From: a secondary endosymbiont of Trabutina mannipara
GTDB taxonomy: Bacteria; Pseudomonadota; Gammaproteobacteria; Enterobacterales; Enterobacteriaceae
Assembly: GCF_900090215.1 (NCBI RefSeq)
Contig: NZ_LT594522.1
Coordinates: forward strand, 90,001 to 122,000
Direction: 5' to 3'
Length of the DNA stretch: 32,000 bases
Under the pieces are notes generated by a model, which ran no database searches, was not told where the DNA came from, and saw only the letters and a list, made by a program, of their open reading frames with translations. Positions 9,107-19,589 of this stretch are shown here, one piece after another. The translations under genes were made by a program, and so were the position numbers. Each line of letters opens with the position of its first letter. Position 1 is the first letter of the stretch.

Positions 9107-10480
9107 ATGATACCAGTAGTAACTATTGTAGGGCGTCCAAATGTAGGTAAATCTACTTTATTTAATCAACTAACGCGCACTCGTGATGCATTAGTAACAG
9201 ATTTTCAAGGACTAACACGTGATCGTAAGTATGGTCGTGCTAAGTGGTCAGGACATGAATTTATTGTTATAGATACTGGAGGTATCGATAATACTAAAAG
9301 AGGTATCGAAACTATAATTACTGGACAGTCGCTATTGGCAATTAAAGAGGCTGATATTGTTCTGTTCCTTGTTGATGGACAATCTGGAATTATGGAAGCT
9401 GATCAAAATATTGCGAAGCATTTGCGCAGTTGTAGAAAAAAAACAGTTATTGTTGTCAATAAAACTGAAAGACTATCTACCGATAGCACATGTTATTTTT
9501 GTAATCTTGGTATAGATAATATTGTATCAATATCAGCCAAGTATGGACGTGGATTCAACAATCTTATTGAGCATATTTTGTTAGTTAGTAATAACCTACC
9601 AGGAGCAGATAATAATTATGATAAAGCTGATATACTTGCATTAGCACCAGATGCCAAGGAAAAAAAAATTGAACAATCACTGCTGCCAATAAAAATTGCG
9701 ATTGTAGGATGTCCTAATGTTGGTAAATCTACTCTAATTAACTGTCTTTTAGGCCAAAAGAGAGTTGTGGTTTATGACAATCCTGGCACAACAAGAGATA
9801 GCATTTATATTCCTAAAGTACGTAATAAAAGAGAGTATATTCTGATAGATACCGCTGGGGTGCGTAAACGCAGTAAAGTTACAGATAAGGTAGAAAAATT
9901 TTCTATTATTAAAACGTTGCAAGCTATCGAATATGCAAATGTAGTACTGCTGGTTATAGATGCTTATAAAGGTATTTCTGATCAAGATTTGTATCTTTTG
10001 AGCTTTATTCTTAAGAGTGGCAGATCATTAGTAATTGCAGTTAATAAATTTGATGATCTGTATAGCCCAAAAAGAAATGAAATTAAAAAAACACTTAATC
10101 ATCATTTAAAATTTCTCTCTTTTGCTAGAGTTCATTTTATTTCAGCTCTCCATAATAGAGGCATCAGCAATATTTATAAGTCAGTTAACGAAGCCTATCA
10201 ATGTGCTACTATTCGTTTTAGTACAGCGCTGTTAACGCGCATTATGCACAATGCAGTAAATGAATATCAACTACCATTTAGTGACCGCGTAAAACTTAAA
10301 TATGCTCATGCTGGTGGCTATAATCCACTTATTTTAGTGATGCACGGTACAAAAGTTAAAAATATCCCAAATACCTATAAGCGTTATCTAATAAACTATT
10401 TCCAAAGATCGTTGGAAATTATAGGTACACAAATTCGTATTCATTTTAATGAGTCTGTAAATCATTATGTCGTAAAATAA
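9107..10480 (+). CDS. der: Ribosome-associated GTPase Der (EngA); lacks the basic C-terminal tail of the E. coli protein
   Basis: A 457-aa ORF with two GTPase domains (GRPNVGKST and GCPNVGKST; NKTE and NKFD) and the KH-like domain ([12 protein letters not shown]). The E. coli protein is 490 aa. Here the ORF stops just after the IRIHFNES segment. Confidence 0.95.
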   Translation: MIPVVTIVGRPNVGKSTLFNQLTRTRDALVTDFQGLTRDRKYGRAKWSGHEFIVIDTGGIDNTKRGIETIITGQSLLAIKEADIVLFLVDGQSGIMEADQNIAKHLRSCRKKTVIVVNKTERLSTDSTCYFCNLGIDNIVSISAKYGRGFNNLIEHILLVSNNLPGADNNYDKADILALAPDAKEKKIEQSLLPIKIAIVGCPNVGKSTLINCLLGQKRVVVYDNPGTTRDSIYIPKVRNKREYILIDTAGVRKRSKVTDKVEKFSIIKTLQAIEYANVVLLVIDAYKGISDQDLYLLSFILKSGRSLVIAVNKFDDLYSPKRNEIKKTLNHHLKFLSFARVHFISALHNRGISNIYKSVNEAYQCATIRFSTALLTRIMHNAVNEYQLPFSDRVKLKYAHAGGYNPLILVMHGTKVKNIPNTYKRYLINYFQRSLEIIGTQIRIHFNESVNHYVVK

Positions 10481-10507
10481 TGCTGTTAAAATTATAGCCA
10501 GCATTAT
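10477..10507. terminator. Candidate bidirectional terminator hairpin between convergent der and dnaB
   Basis: ataatgctg (10477-10485) pairs with cagcattat (10499-10507), giving a 9-bp stem and a 13-nt loop. It overlaps the der TAA and abuts the dnaB stop codon. T-rich sequence (tcaattttt) follows on the plus strand. Confidence 0.35.
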
Positions 10508-11905
10508 TCAATTTTTATATTGATATTCTGCATAATTATCAAATCGTGACCATTGTCCGTTAAATTTTAACCGCACGGTACCAATAGGCCCGTTACGTTG
10601 CTTACCAATAATAATTTCAGCTATTCCTTTCATATTACTATTTTCATTATAAACTTCATCGCGATATATAAACATAATTAAATCTGCGTCCTGCTCAATA
10701 GAGCCTGATTCTCGTAGGTCAGAATTTACAGGACGCTTGTCAGCACGTTGTTCCAAGCTTCGATTCAACTGTGATAACGCTACTACAGGCACTTGCAGTT
10801 CTTTTGCTAGTGCTTTAAGAGAACGTGAAATTTCAGCAATTTCTAAATTTCGATTCTCAGATATATAGGGTACGCGCATCAGTTGCAGATAATCTATCAT
10901 AATTAAACTTAGGCCATTATTTTCGCGGAATACACGCCGTGCCCTAGAACGTATTTCCATTGGTGTTAATCCTGAAGAATCATCGATATATATATTACAC
11001 TTTTCTAGTAAGATACCCATGGTACTAGAAATACGTGCCCAATCATTATCATCTAGCTGACCAGTACGAATCCGTGTTTGATCGACGCGCGACATCGATG
11101 CTAGCATGCGCATCATTATTTGTTCCCCAGGCATCTCTAGACTAAAAATTATAACAGGTTTATCTTCAAACATAGCTGCGTTTTCACATAAGTTCATAGC
11201 AAATGTAGTTTTGCCCATAGATGGACGCGCGGCAATGATAATTAAATCTGATTTTTGAAGACCTGAAGTTTTTTTATCTAGATCTAGATAACCACTAGAA
11301 ACACCAGTAACGCCGTTATGTGGTTTATGGTAAAGCTGCTCTATACGATTCACAAGATCCTCAAGAATAAGATCGATGTTTTTCGTACCTTCATCTTTAT
11401 TAGCGCGATTTTCAGCTATTTTAAATACTCTTGACTCTGCTATATCTAGCAGATCTTCACTACTGCGTCCTTGGGGATTATAACCAAAATCAGCAATTTC
11501 ATGAGCTACTGAGATCAGTTCTCGTAATATTGCCCGTTCGCGCACAATATCAGCATAAGCCGAAATATTTGCGGCACTGGGAGTATTTTTTGATAACTCT
11601 GCTAGGTAGGCAAATCCACCTACTGCATTTAGATTTCCTTTTTGTTCCATAGATTCTGAAAGAGTGATCAGATCAATAGGCTTACCTAGTTCCAGCAGAC
11701 GCTGCATTTCGATAAATATAAGACGATGTTGATGGTTAAAAAAATCGTTGCATGTTAACCTATCAGCAACGTTATCCCAGCGTTCGTTATCTAGCATCAA
11801 GCCGCCTAATACCGATTGCTCTGCTTCCAGTGAATGGGGTGGAATTTTTATATTTTCCACATTGTGGTCACTAATAAAATTTGCTTTATTTTTTTTTTCT
11901 GACAT
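10508..11905 (-). CDS. dnaB: Replicative DNA helicase DnaB
   Basis: A 465-aa ORF with an ATG start. It contains IPPHSLEAEQSVLGGLMLDN, Walker A (ARPSMGKTTF) and the conserved C-terminal RecA-like fold motifs (IDYLQLM, SQLNRSLEQR). Confidence 0.96.
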   Translation of the reverse strand: MSEKKNKANFISDHNVENIKIPPHSLEAEQSVLGGLMLDNERWDNVADRLTCNDFFNHQHRLIFIEMQRLLELGKPIDLITLSESMEQKGNLNAVGGFAYLAELSKNTPSAANISAYADIVRERAILRELISVAHEIADFGYNPQGRSSEDLLDIAESRVFKIAENRANKDEGTKNIDLILEDLVNRIEQLYHKPHNGVTGVSSGYLDLDKKTSGLQKSDLIIIAARPSMGKTTFAMNLCENAAMFEDKPVIIFSLEMPGEQIMMRMLASMSRVDQTRIRTGQLDDNDWARISSTMGILLEKCNIYIDDSSGLTPMEIRSRARRVFRENNGLSLIMIDYLQLMRVPYISENRNLEIAEISRSLKALAKELQVPVVALSQLNRSLEQRADKRPVNSDLRESGSIEQDADLIMFIYRDEVYNENSNMKGIAEIIIGKQRNGPIGTVRLKFNGQWSRFDNYAEYQYKN

Positions 11906-12173
11906 GAAAAGGTACTGTACCTATCAAAATACTTACACAAGTGTGCATTGTATCCTTTTTTTAAAGAAAAATCCTATTTTAAATACTATAATCAAAAAAA
12001 GTAATAAATAAAATATAAAATCGACACCATAGTATATATGGTGCATAATACATAATAATATACATGTTTAAAGACGGTTATAAATTAAAATCTGCCATTA
12101 ATTTTTGTACTATGCAAAAGTATTATTTTATAGAATCTGTATCTAAAATTCAATAATTATATTAGGAGACTAT

Positions 12174-12674
12174 ATGGCAGGAAGAGGTATTAATAAAGTG
12201 ATTATAGTTGGAAATCTTGGTCAAGATCCTGAAATTCGCCATATGCCTAATGGTGGTGCTGTAGCAAATATCACACTAGCAACTTCTGAAAGCTGGAGAG
12301 ATAAACAAACAGGAGAGATAAAAGAAAAAACTGAATGGCACCGTGTGGTACTATTTGGCAAACTTGCAGAAATTGCAGGAGAATATTTACGTAAGGGATC
12401 CCAGGTATATATTGAAGGATCACTGCAAACTCGCAAGTGGCAGGACAATAGTGGTCAGGATCGTTATACAACTGAAATATTAGTAAATTTAGGTGGAACC
12501 ATGCAGATGATTGGCGGCCGTCCAGGTAATGCACAAAAAGGAGAATGGAGACAATCTACGCAGGTAAATACGTTTAGCGAAGGTAAAACACCGAAGACAC
12601 TTCAATCACAAAATATGTCTTCTGCGTCAGATAATGAGCATCAGATAGATTTTGATGATGATATTCCATTTTGA
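12174..12674 (+). CDS. ssb: Single-stranded DNA-binding protein
   Basis: A 166-aa ORF with an AGGAG Shine-Dalgarno 5 nt upstream. The OB fold begins [40 protein letters not shown], and the acidic tip DFDDDIPF is conserved. The Gly/Gln linker is shorter than in E. coli (178 aa). Confidence 0.95.
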   Translation: MAGRGINKVIIVGNLGQDPEIRHMPNGGAVANITLATSESWRDKQTGEIKEKTEWHRVVLFGKLAEIAGEYLRKGSQVYIEGSLQTRKWQDNSGQDRYTTEILVNLGGTMQMIGGRPGNAQKGEWRQSTQVNTFSEGKTPKTLQSQNMSSASDNEHQIDFDDDIPF

Positions 12675-12696
12675 TAATCTAAGTATTTTTAAAAAT

Positions 12697-12772
12697 TGGC
12701 AGGGGCGGAGAGACTCGAACTCCCAACTACCGGTTTTGGAGACCGGTATTCTACCAATTGAATCACGCCCCT
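12697..12772 (-). tRNA. trpT: tRNA-Trp(CCA), with the 3' CCA encoded
   Basis: The reverse complement reads aggggcgtgattcaattggtagaataccggtctccaaaaccggtagttgggagttcgagtctctccgcccctgcca. The anticodon loop is ctCCAaa, and the sequence is close to E. coli tRNA-Trp. Confidence 0.92.
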
Positions 12773-12821
12773 GATCCGTTAGTGCCTAAGCAGCTGCAGC
12801 TACAATAAGCAATATACATCC

Positions 12822-12849
12822 ATCATAAACACTTTTTTTTTAGTGTCAA
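12822..12849 (-). promoter_or_regulatory. Candidate sigma70 promoter for tRNA-Trp
   Basis: On the minus strand: a perfect TTGACA (12844-12849), a 16-nt spacer, then TATGAT (12822-12827), about 45-50 nt upstream of the tRNA 5' end. Confidence 0.4.
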
Positions 12850-13028
12850 TCTGTTTAAGATTATAAATAACTACGTTTAACAACAATAGGATATTCGTAC
12901 CAGTTTTCTGGTATGGAATTTCGTATTTTCTTTGAAAAAGGAACACTATTTCGATAATTATTTTGTATATTATAAATTTTACTGAATTAAGTAGATCTTA
13001 TTTAAACCTCATATGGAAGATAATTAAT

Positions 13029-14762
13029 ATGCATACTAGTCAATATATGCTCTCAACATTGAAAGAAATTTCAACTGATGTAGAAGTAATTAGTCATCAG
13101 CTGATGCTACGTGCTGGAATGATTCGTCAGTTAGCATCTGGACTTTATAGCTGGCTGCCCACTGGATTGCAAGTACTGCGTAAAGTTGAAAAAATAGTGC
13201 GTGAAGAGATGAATAATGCCGGAGCTATTGAAGTATTTATGCCTATCGTGCAACCTGCAGATATATGGCAAAAAAGCAAAAGATGGGTTCAATATGGTTC
13301 AGAGCTACTTAGATTTATAGATCGAGGAGCGCGTTCTTTTGTATTAGGACCTACACATGAGGAGGTTATAACTGACCTTATCCGCAACGAGATTTGCTCA
13401 TACAAACAGTTGCCACTAAATTTTTATCAGATTCAAACAAAATTTCGTGATGAATTGCGTCCACGTTTCGGAGTTATGCGTTCTCGTGAATTTTTGATGA
13501 AAGACGCCTACTCTTTTCATACCAATCAAGATTCATTGCAGATAACCTATGATGTTATGTATCAAACTTATAGTAATATTTTAAACCGTATGGGGCTACA
13601 ATTCCGTGCCGTGCAGGCTGATACAGGATCTATAGGTGGCAGCGTATCCCATGAATTTCATGTGTTAGCCGACAGCGGTGAAGACTACATTGTTTTTTCA
13701 ACATCATCAAACTATGCTGCTAATATCGAACTTGCAGAAGCAAAAGATCAGGTTATTCTGCGCGCAGATCCAAAAGAAAAAATGCGATTGGTAGACACCA
13801 ATGAGGCATGCACTTTGGCTAAAATTTTGGAAAAATTTGCTATTCCAGTGGAAAAAACTGTAAAAACTATGTTAGTACGTGCTAAAAAAAACGCTATACA
13901 TCCACTATTAGCGTTGATAGTACGCGGCGATCATCATATTAGTGATGTTAAAGCTGCAAAAATATTGCAGGTAGCAGCACCGCTAAATTTTGCTAGTGAA
14001 GAAGAAATTCGCCTATTTTTTGGTACTAGATCAGATTATATTGGTCCCGTAAACCTACAAGTACCTATAATAATTGACCGCAGCGTGGCTGTAATGAGCG
14101 ACTTTACTGCAGGTGCTAATGCTGATGGTAAATATTTTTTAGGTATTAACTGGGAACGTGATTTACCTTTGCCACAAGTAGCTGACCTACGCAAGGTCAG
14201 CGCCGGAGATAGAAGTCCTGACGGTAAAGGCACTCTGCAAATAAAGCGCGGTATTGAAGTAGGACATATTTTTCAGCTAGGTACTAAATATTCCGATGCA
14301 ATGAAAGCTTATGTGCAAAATGAAGAAGGACGTAATAAAACTTTAATCATGGGATGCTACGGTATCGGTATTACCCGCGTTGTAGCAGCTGCTATCGAGC
14401 AAAACCACGATGATAAAGGAATTTTATGGACGGAATCATTAGCACCATTCAATGTTGCTATAATACCCATTAATATGCATAACTCTTTTAGAGTGCAACA
14501 AATAGCAGAAGAAGTTTACCAACAACTAAAGGCACGTGGTATTGACGTTATACTTGATGACCGCAAGGAACGTCCTGGAGTTATGTTTGCTGACATGGAG
14601 CTTATCGGTATACCTCACCTATTAGTAATAGGAGATTATAATCTAAATACTGGGAATATTGAGTATAAAAATAGACGCAACGGGAATAAAAAAATAATAA
14701 AACTAGGCGCTATAGTAGATTTTATATTAAGTGAAATGGCTACTTCTTTCTATAAATGTTAA
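13029..14762 (+). CDS. proS: Proline--tRNA ligase (bacterial type with the INS editing domain)
   Basis: The ORF is open from 12963, but E. coli ProS starts MRTSQYLLSTLKE. Here [13 protein letters not shown] begins at the ATG at 13029, giving 577 aa versus 572. The sequence is conserved throughout ([44 protein letters not shown]). Confidence 0.95.
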   Translation: MHTSQYMLSTLKEISTDVEVISHQLMLRAGMIRQLASGLYSWLPTGLQVLRKVEKIVREEMNNAGAIEVFMPIVQPADIWQKSKRWVQYGSELLRFIDRGARSFVLGPTHEEVITDLIRNEICSYKQLPLNFYQIQTKFRDELRPRFGVMRSREFLMKDAYSFHTNQDSLQITYDVMYQTYSNILNRMGLQFRAVQADTGSIGGSVSHEFHVLADSGEDYIVFSTSSNYAANIELAEAKDQVILRADPKEKMRLVDTNEACTLAKILEKFAIPVEKTVKTMLVRAKKNAIHPLLALIVRGDHHISDVKAAKILQVAAPLNFASEEEIRLFFGTRSDYIGPVNLQVPIIIDRSVAVMSDFTAGANADGKYFLGINWERDLPLPQVADLRKVSAGDRSPDGKGTLQIKRGIEVGHIFQLGTKYSDAMKAYVQNEEGRNKTLIMGCYGIGITRVVAAAIEQNHDDKGILWTESLAPFNVAIIPINMHNSFRVQQIAEEVYQQLKARGIDVILDDRKERPGVMFADMELIGIPHLLVIGDYNLNTGNIEYKNRRNGNKKIIKLGAIVDFILSEMATSFYKC

Positions 14763-14784
14763 CTACTTATAAATGTTAACTACT
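14751..14784. repeat. Perfect 17-bp tandem duplication (tataaatgttaactact x2) containing the proS stop codon
   Basis: 14751-14767 is identical to 14768-14784. The proS codons tat aaa tgt TAA lie in copy 1. Confidence 0.9.
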
Positions 14785-14821
14785 TAGTAACAGTAGAAAC
14801 CTTCTATAAGATTTATTCAAA

Positions 14822-14847
14822 AAAATAAATTAGCAAAATAAATTAGC
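14822..14847. repeat. Perfect 13-bp tandem duplication (aaaataaattagc x2) containing the tilS stop codon
   Basis: 14822-14834 is identical to 14835-14847. The tilS TAA (complement of 14843-14845) lies in copy 2. Confidence 0.9.
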
Positions 14848-16233
14848 TTTTTCTAAATAGATACCATTTTGAGCAAAATTTATGCGCTGTTCCTTCCAAT
14901 GTCACGAAGGTTCCTATAGCAGCAATTAATTTTTCATTATAAAAAAGCAAAGGTATGTAGCCACGTTGCCACGGAGGAATAGCTAGCTCTTGCAAAATTT
15001 TTTTTAATTTCCTTCCTCTGCGTCTTCCATTGATATACAGCAGTCCGTGCACAGACCCAAAACGTACTGATACCTTTTCGGTAATATTCGGTGAGCGGAC
15101 CACAGCTACTAATAAGTAAGATTTTTTTTTATATTAGGTATTGTAGATCTAATTATGGTTCCTAATCCTATAGGTAATATAAGTTTATTAATTTTTGAAG
15201 GCCAAAAAATTATCTCCTTTTTAGGTAGCTGCTGTAAAATAGGTATTATATAAAGACACTCGCGAAAGCGTCGGACTTGCAGGTGGTGATTAATATGTAT
15301 TTTCGCAACAGCATCGTGCCTGCTGAGTGCTACCTCCTGCCAAATACATGCTAATTGCTTGCGTGTAGGCATTTTTACACCGTTACTAGCTAACCAGCGG
15401 CGTAATATTGCTGCACGCTTAATATCGCTCATCATTATTAATTTTGTAAATTTCAGCGATCCATCTGGTTGGATCAGTTCTGCTAGCGTTTCTGCTAGAA
15501 GGATATCCAAAAGATGTTCTTGTTCAGCGCATATTTGAGCACTACGCACTACAGTATCCAAAAATCTTGGCCATCGTTGCAACAATGGTGGCAAAATTTG
15601 TATACGCAAAAAATTACGGTCAAAACGCAAATTATTATTACTGTCATCTTCAATCCAGCAAAGTCCACGTTTATTTGCGTATATTTCCAGCTCTTTTCTG
15701 CTGTAACTAAGTAATGGTCGCAAAAGAAGACGACCATTAAATGGATAATTTTCTGCCATTGCAGCTAAACCAGCAGGACCACTGCCTCTTTTTAAAGCAA
15801 GTAGCAACGTTTCTACTTGATCTTCTTTATTATGAGCTGTAAGCAAAATTTCATCGTTAACTAGATTTTCCGCTAGTGCTTGATAACGTGCTGTACGTGC
15901 AGCAGCCTCAATACTCTCTGAGTTAACAACAATATTCACATATTTTGTACTAAATTCAATTTCTCGACGGCGGCATTCATTTTCGCAGTGCACAGACCAA
16001 TTATCCGCATGAATACTTAATCCGTGATTAATATATACTGCTCGCAGCAGTAGATCATTTTTACACGTTCTGCTAAATTTTTTATGGTTGCGTATTAAGT
16101 ATAATGCATCTAACAACACAGTAGAATCTAAACCACCACTAAATGCTATTAGTAGTCCTTGGTAATTTTTTATTTTTGCAGATAAACTGCTGCATAGCGC
16201 TTGTACCTGATCATCGTCGGTATTATTTTTCAT
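14843..16233 (-). pseudogene. tilS: tRNA(Ile)-lysidine synthase TilS, reading frame broken once by a 1-nt frameshift in an A9 run (ORFs 15109-16233 and 14843-15103); may be rescued by slippage
   Basis: The N-terminal ORF has the PP-loop motif (AFSGGLDSTVL) and the TilS core (KRGSGPAGLAAM, RNFLR). The downstream ORF, in another frame, encodes the TilS C-terminal domain: [56 protein letters not shown], versus E. coli ..VSVRF..GRKLKKIWQE.GVPPW.R..TPLLFYGETLIAAAG. The second frame stays open back through the A9 run (complement of 15122-15130). Confidence 0.85.
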
Positions 16234-16307
16234 ATAAATAAATTGGTAATTATGTAATTAATCAAGCTTTTAGGTAGCTAAAAAGGTAATTTATAATTTG
16301 AAGCGCA

Positions 16308-19300
16308 TTAGTTTGCTTTATCTTTTAATGATATAGACCCCCGTACATATCTTTTACGTGCTTTATTAATATCCATTAATTTATGTGCAGTAATTTTAAA
16401 TACACTATTAAAAGAATCAAAACTTACCTGTCCTTGCACAATAAGAATAGAATCTTTTTCTAGTAAATGCTGGTATTTTTCTAATATATCAGTAAACAGT
16501 ATTACATCTAGCCTGCTGGAACGATCATCTAATGTACAAATTCCTATCTGGTTGCCGCGTTTAGTTACCATTATCCTAGTAGATAGTACCAGCCCCGCTG
16601 CTGTAACTATTTTACCGCACTCAGTATGCTTAATATCCTTCAAGCGCACACCTCCTGTATATTGTTCAATTTCATGCAGATACTGGGTAATTGGATGGTC
16701 AGTTAAGTATAATCCAAGAGTTTCGCGCTCACCTTCTAGCACTACATTTTGGGGCCAAGGAGCTAATTTATTAGATGAAGATTCTACTGTAGATGGTACT
16801 TCAGCTATAATTCCGAACATATCGATCTGACCAATATTCTCTGCTTTGGTATACTGATCAGCTGCTTTAATTGCGCTACTTAGCGTATTCATTAATGCAG
16901 CGCGGTGTGGTCCTAGTTTGTCGAATGCTCCAGCCATAATAAGCTTTTCTAGTACCCGTCTATTTAGTTTTTTAGTATCTATGCGAGAGCAAAAATTAAA
17001 TAAATCACTAAATTTACCATCTTTATTACGCGCATTAATAATTTCTTTTATATGTCCTTCGCCTATGCCTTTTATAGCACCGATACCGTAAACTATATCA
17101 CCATCATCATTAACATGAAAATAATGTTGACCTTTGTTGATATCTGGCGGTAAAATTTTTAGGCCCATACGTTTACATTCGTCAACTATTACCAATATTT
17201 TTTCTGTATTGTCTATATCTGATGTCATTACTGCTGCCATAAATTCTGCAGGATAATTAGCTTTTAACCATAGTGTCTGATATGAAACTAGCGCATAGGC
17301 AGCAGAGTGAGATTTATTGAAACCGTAACCGGCAAATTTTTCTACTAGATTAAAAATTTTCATAGAAAGTTCACCATCAACACCAATACTTTCAGCGCCT
17401 GCTTTAAACACAGATCTCTGTTTTGCCATTTCATCAGGTTTCTTTTTTCCCATTGCTCTACGTAATATATCTGCGCCACCTAGTGTATAGCCAGCTAGTA
17501 ATTGAGCTATTTGCATAACCTGTTCCTGATAAAGAATTATACCGTAGGTAGGTTCCAGTACAGGTTTTAGAGATATGTGTTGCCACTCAATATCAGGGTA
17601 AGATATAGTTTCACGGCCATGTTTGCGATTTATAAAGTTATCTACCATTCCTGATTGAAGAGGCCCTGGGCGGAATAAAGCTACTAGCGCAATCATATCC
17701 TCAAAAGAGTCAGGTTGTAGGCGTTTAATTAGATCTTTCATGCCGCGAGATTCTAACTGAAATACTGCAGTAGTTTCTGATCTTTGAAGCATATCGAAGC
17801 TTTTTTTGTCTTCCAGCGGAATATGGGCAATATCAATCTGTTCTAAACCTTGGCGCTCTAGGCGATTGTTAATCATTCCTAAAGCCCAGTTTATAATAGT
17901 CAAAGTGCGCAATCCTAGAAAGTCAAACTTAACTAACCCAGCATACTCTACATCATTTTTATCGAATTGTGTAACCGGATGATTGCCTTCAGTATCGCAG
18001 TAAAGCGGAGCGAAATCTGTAATTTTGGTAGGTGCAATAACTACTCCCCCTGCGTGTTTTCCTGCATTTCTAGTTACACCTTCGAGCTTACGAGCTTTAT
18101 CAATAAGATCTTTAACATTTTTATCGGCGTTATAAATAGCTTGTAGTTGTGGCTCAGTTACTAAAGCTCTTTCTATAGTAATACCTATATCATTAGGTAC
18201 TAGCTTGGATATACGATCAATAAAACCGTATGGATGACCTAAAACACGTCCCACATCGCGAATTACGGCTTTAGCCGTCATAGTACCGAATGTTATAATC
18301 TGTGAAACAGCGTTGCGTCCATAGGTTTTAGCTACGTGTTCAATTACTATATCTCTTTTATCCATACAGAAGTCAACGTCTAAATCAGGCATTGATACGC
18401 GTTCTGGGTTTAAGAAACGTTCAAAAAGCAAATCTAAAGCAATTGGGTCTAGATCAGTGATTTTTAAAGCATAAGCTACTAGTGAACCTGCTCCAGATCC
18501 GCGTCCTGGACCTACCGGAACGTTGTTATTTTTTGACCACTGTATGAACTCCATTACTATTAAAAAGTAACCAGGAAACCCCATTTTGTTTATTACTTTT
18601 AGTTCTATATTTAAACGTTTATCGTATTCTTTTCTTTTTTCACTTCTTTTTTTATCATTAGGAAATAAAAATACTAGTCTTTCCTCTAGTCCTTCTTGCG
18701 CGCATTTTACTAGATACTTTTCAGTAGACATTTTTCCCGTTGGGAACTTAGGCAAAAAATATTCTCCAAGACGGAGAGTAACATTGCAGCGACGTGCAAT
18801 TTCTACGCTGTTAGCCAGCGCTTCCGGTAAATCAGAAAATAATTCGCACATTTCCTTCTCGCTGCGCATATATTGTTGTGTACTATAATTTCGTTGCCGT
18901 TTAACATCATCAAGATTTACTCCGTTATGAATTGCTACACGTATCTCGTGAGCTTCGAAATCGTTAGGGCTGGTGAAACGTACATCGTTTGTTGCTACTA
19001 ACGGTAACCCATGATGCTCCGCTAACGAAACTGCAGAATGTAAGTATTTTTCTTCATCAATACGTCCAGTACGTATTATCTCTAGATAATAACGATTCGT
19101 AAAATAACGTTCGTAGAACGATAATCGTTTTTTTACTTGTATCATATTGCCGAGTATCAAATGTTTACCAACATCACCTTTTCGAGCTCCTGATAGTAAA
19201 ATTAGTCCTTCATTATATTTAATTAACCAGTCTCTATCGATAAATGGTCCAACTGCGCTGTATCCGCGTTTATATGCGTCTGAAATTAGTAAAATTAGAT

Positions 19301-19589
19301 TACGGTAACCTACATTATTAGCCGCAAGAATGGTTAATTCTGTTATTTCATCGCCTATATTTTTGTTTTGCACAAAAAAATCTGCACCAATTATTGGCTT
19401 TATTCCCACTTTGTGAGCGCTGTCATAAAATTTAATTAACCCGCATAAATTAGTAAAATCAGTAATAGCTATTGCTGGCATGTGCAAATCGGCAGCTTTG
19501 TTTACCAATGTGCCTATTTTAATTATACCATCGACCATAGAATAGTCGCTGTGTACATGCAGATGAATAAAACGTGGTTTAATGATCAT
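16308..19589 (-). CDS. dnaE: DNA polymerase III alpha subunit, lacking about 67 C-terminal residues relative to E. coli
   Basis: A 1093-aa ORF with an ATG start. It has the PHP domain ([13 protein letters not shown]), the polymerase core, an internal clamp-binding-type motif (QIDMF) and the OB fold, all collinear with E. coli DnaE (1160 aa). It stops at ..[16 protein letters not shown], where E. coli continues for about 68 more residues. Confidence 0.96.
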   Translation of the reverse strand: MIIKPRFIHLHVHSDYSMVDGIIKIGTLVNKAADLHMPAIAITDFTNLCGLIKFYDSAHKVGIKPIIGADFFVQNKNIGDEITELTILAANNVGYRNLILLISDAYKRGYSAVGPFIDRDWLIKYNEGLILLSGARKGDVGKHLILGNMIQVKKRLSFYERYFTNRYYLEIIRTGRIDEEKYLHSAVSLAEHHGLPLVATNDVRFTSPNDFEAHEIRVAIHNGVNLDDVKRQRNYSTQQYMRSEKEMCELFSDLPEALANSVEIARRCNVTLRLGEYFLPKFPTGKMSTEKYLVKCAQEGLEERLVFLFPNDKKRSEKRKEYDKRLNIELKVINKMGFPGYFLIVMEFIQWSKNNNVPVGPGRGSGAGSLVAYALKITDLDPIALDLLFERFLNPERVSMPDLDVDFCMDKRDIVIEHVAKTYGRNAVSQIITFGTMTAKAVIRDVGRVLGHPYGFIDRISKLVPNDIGITIERALVTEPQLQAIYNADKNVKDLIDKARKLEGVTRNAGKHAGGVVIAPTKITDFAPLYCDTEGNHPVTQFDKNDVEYAGLVKFDFLGLRTLTIINWALGMINNRLERQGLEQIDIAHIPLEDKKSFDMLQRSETTAVFQLESRGMKDLIKRLQPDSFEDMIALVALFRPGPLQSGMVDNFINRKHGRETISYPDIEWQHISLKPVLEPTYGIILYQEQVMQIAQLLAGYTLGGADILRRAMGKKKPDEMAKQRSVFKAGAESIGVDGELSMKIFNLVEKFAGYGFNKSHSAAYALVSYQTLWLKANYPAEFMAAVMTSDIDNTEKILVIVDECKRMGLKILPPDINKGQHYFHVNDDGDIVYGIGAIKGIGEGHIKEIINARNKDGKFSDLFNFCSRIDTKKLNRRVLEKLIMAGAFDKLGPHRAALMNTLSSAIKAADQYTKAENIGQIDMFGIIAEVPSTVESSSNKLAPWPQNVVLEGERETLGLYLTDHPITQYLHEIEQYTGGVRLKDIKHTECGKIVTAAGLVLSTRIMVTKRGNQIGICTLDDRSSRLDVILFTDILEKYQHLLEKDSILIVQGQVSFDSFNSVFKITAHKLMDINKARKRYVRGSISLKDKAN

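Noticed and set aside
11912-11931. A LexA-box-like half-site (TACTGTAcctatcaaaat) just upstream of dnaB.
   Set aside because: Only the CTGT half is present, because the sequence 8 nt downstream is AAAT rather than ACAG. A single 7-mer match is expected by chance, and no full SOS box is seen upstream of ssb or uvrD either.
6180-12534. Short ORFs 6180-6383, 7498-7689, 8298-8507, 9749-9985, 11431-11652, 11748-12011, 12221-12448 and 12271-12534.
   Set aside because: Each is antisense to, or out of frame with, a conserved gene (iscS, hisS, der, dnaB, ssb). Their compositions are low-complexity or Cys/Ser-rich and none shows homology that I can recognise.
12963-13028. A 22-codon N-terminal extension of proS in the ORF track (a TTG-type start giving [22 protein letters not shown]).
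   Set aside because: The homologous ProS N-terminus (MHTSQYML, versus E. coli MRTSQYLL) begins at the ATG at 13029. The extension is AT-rich read-through of the upstream spacer. The same reasoning applies to map (26251-26277) and skp (20829-20891).
16552-18888. Plus-strand ORFs of 92 aa (16552-16830) and 100 aa (18586-18888).
   Set aside because: Both lie antisense within dnaE, whose frame is conserved end to end. They are shadow ORFs.
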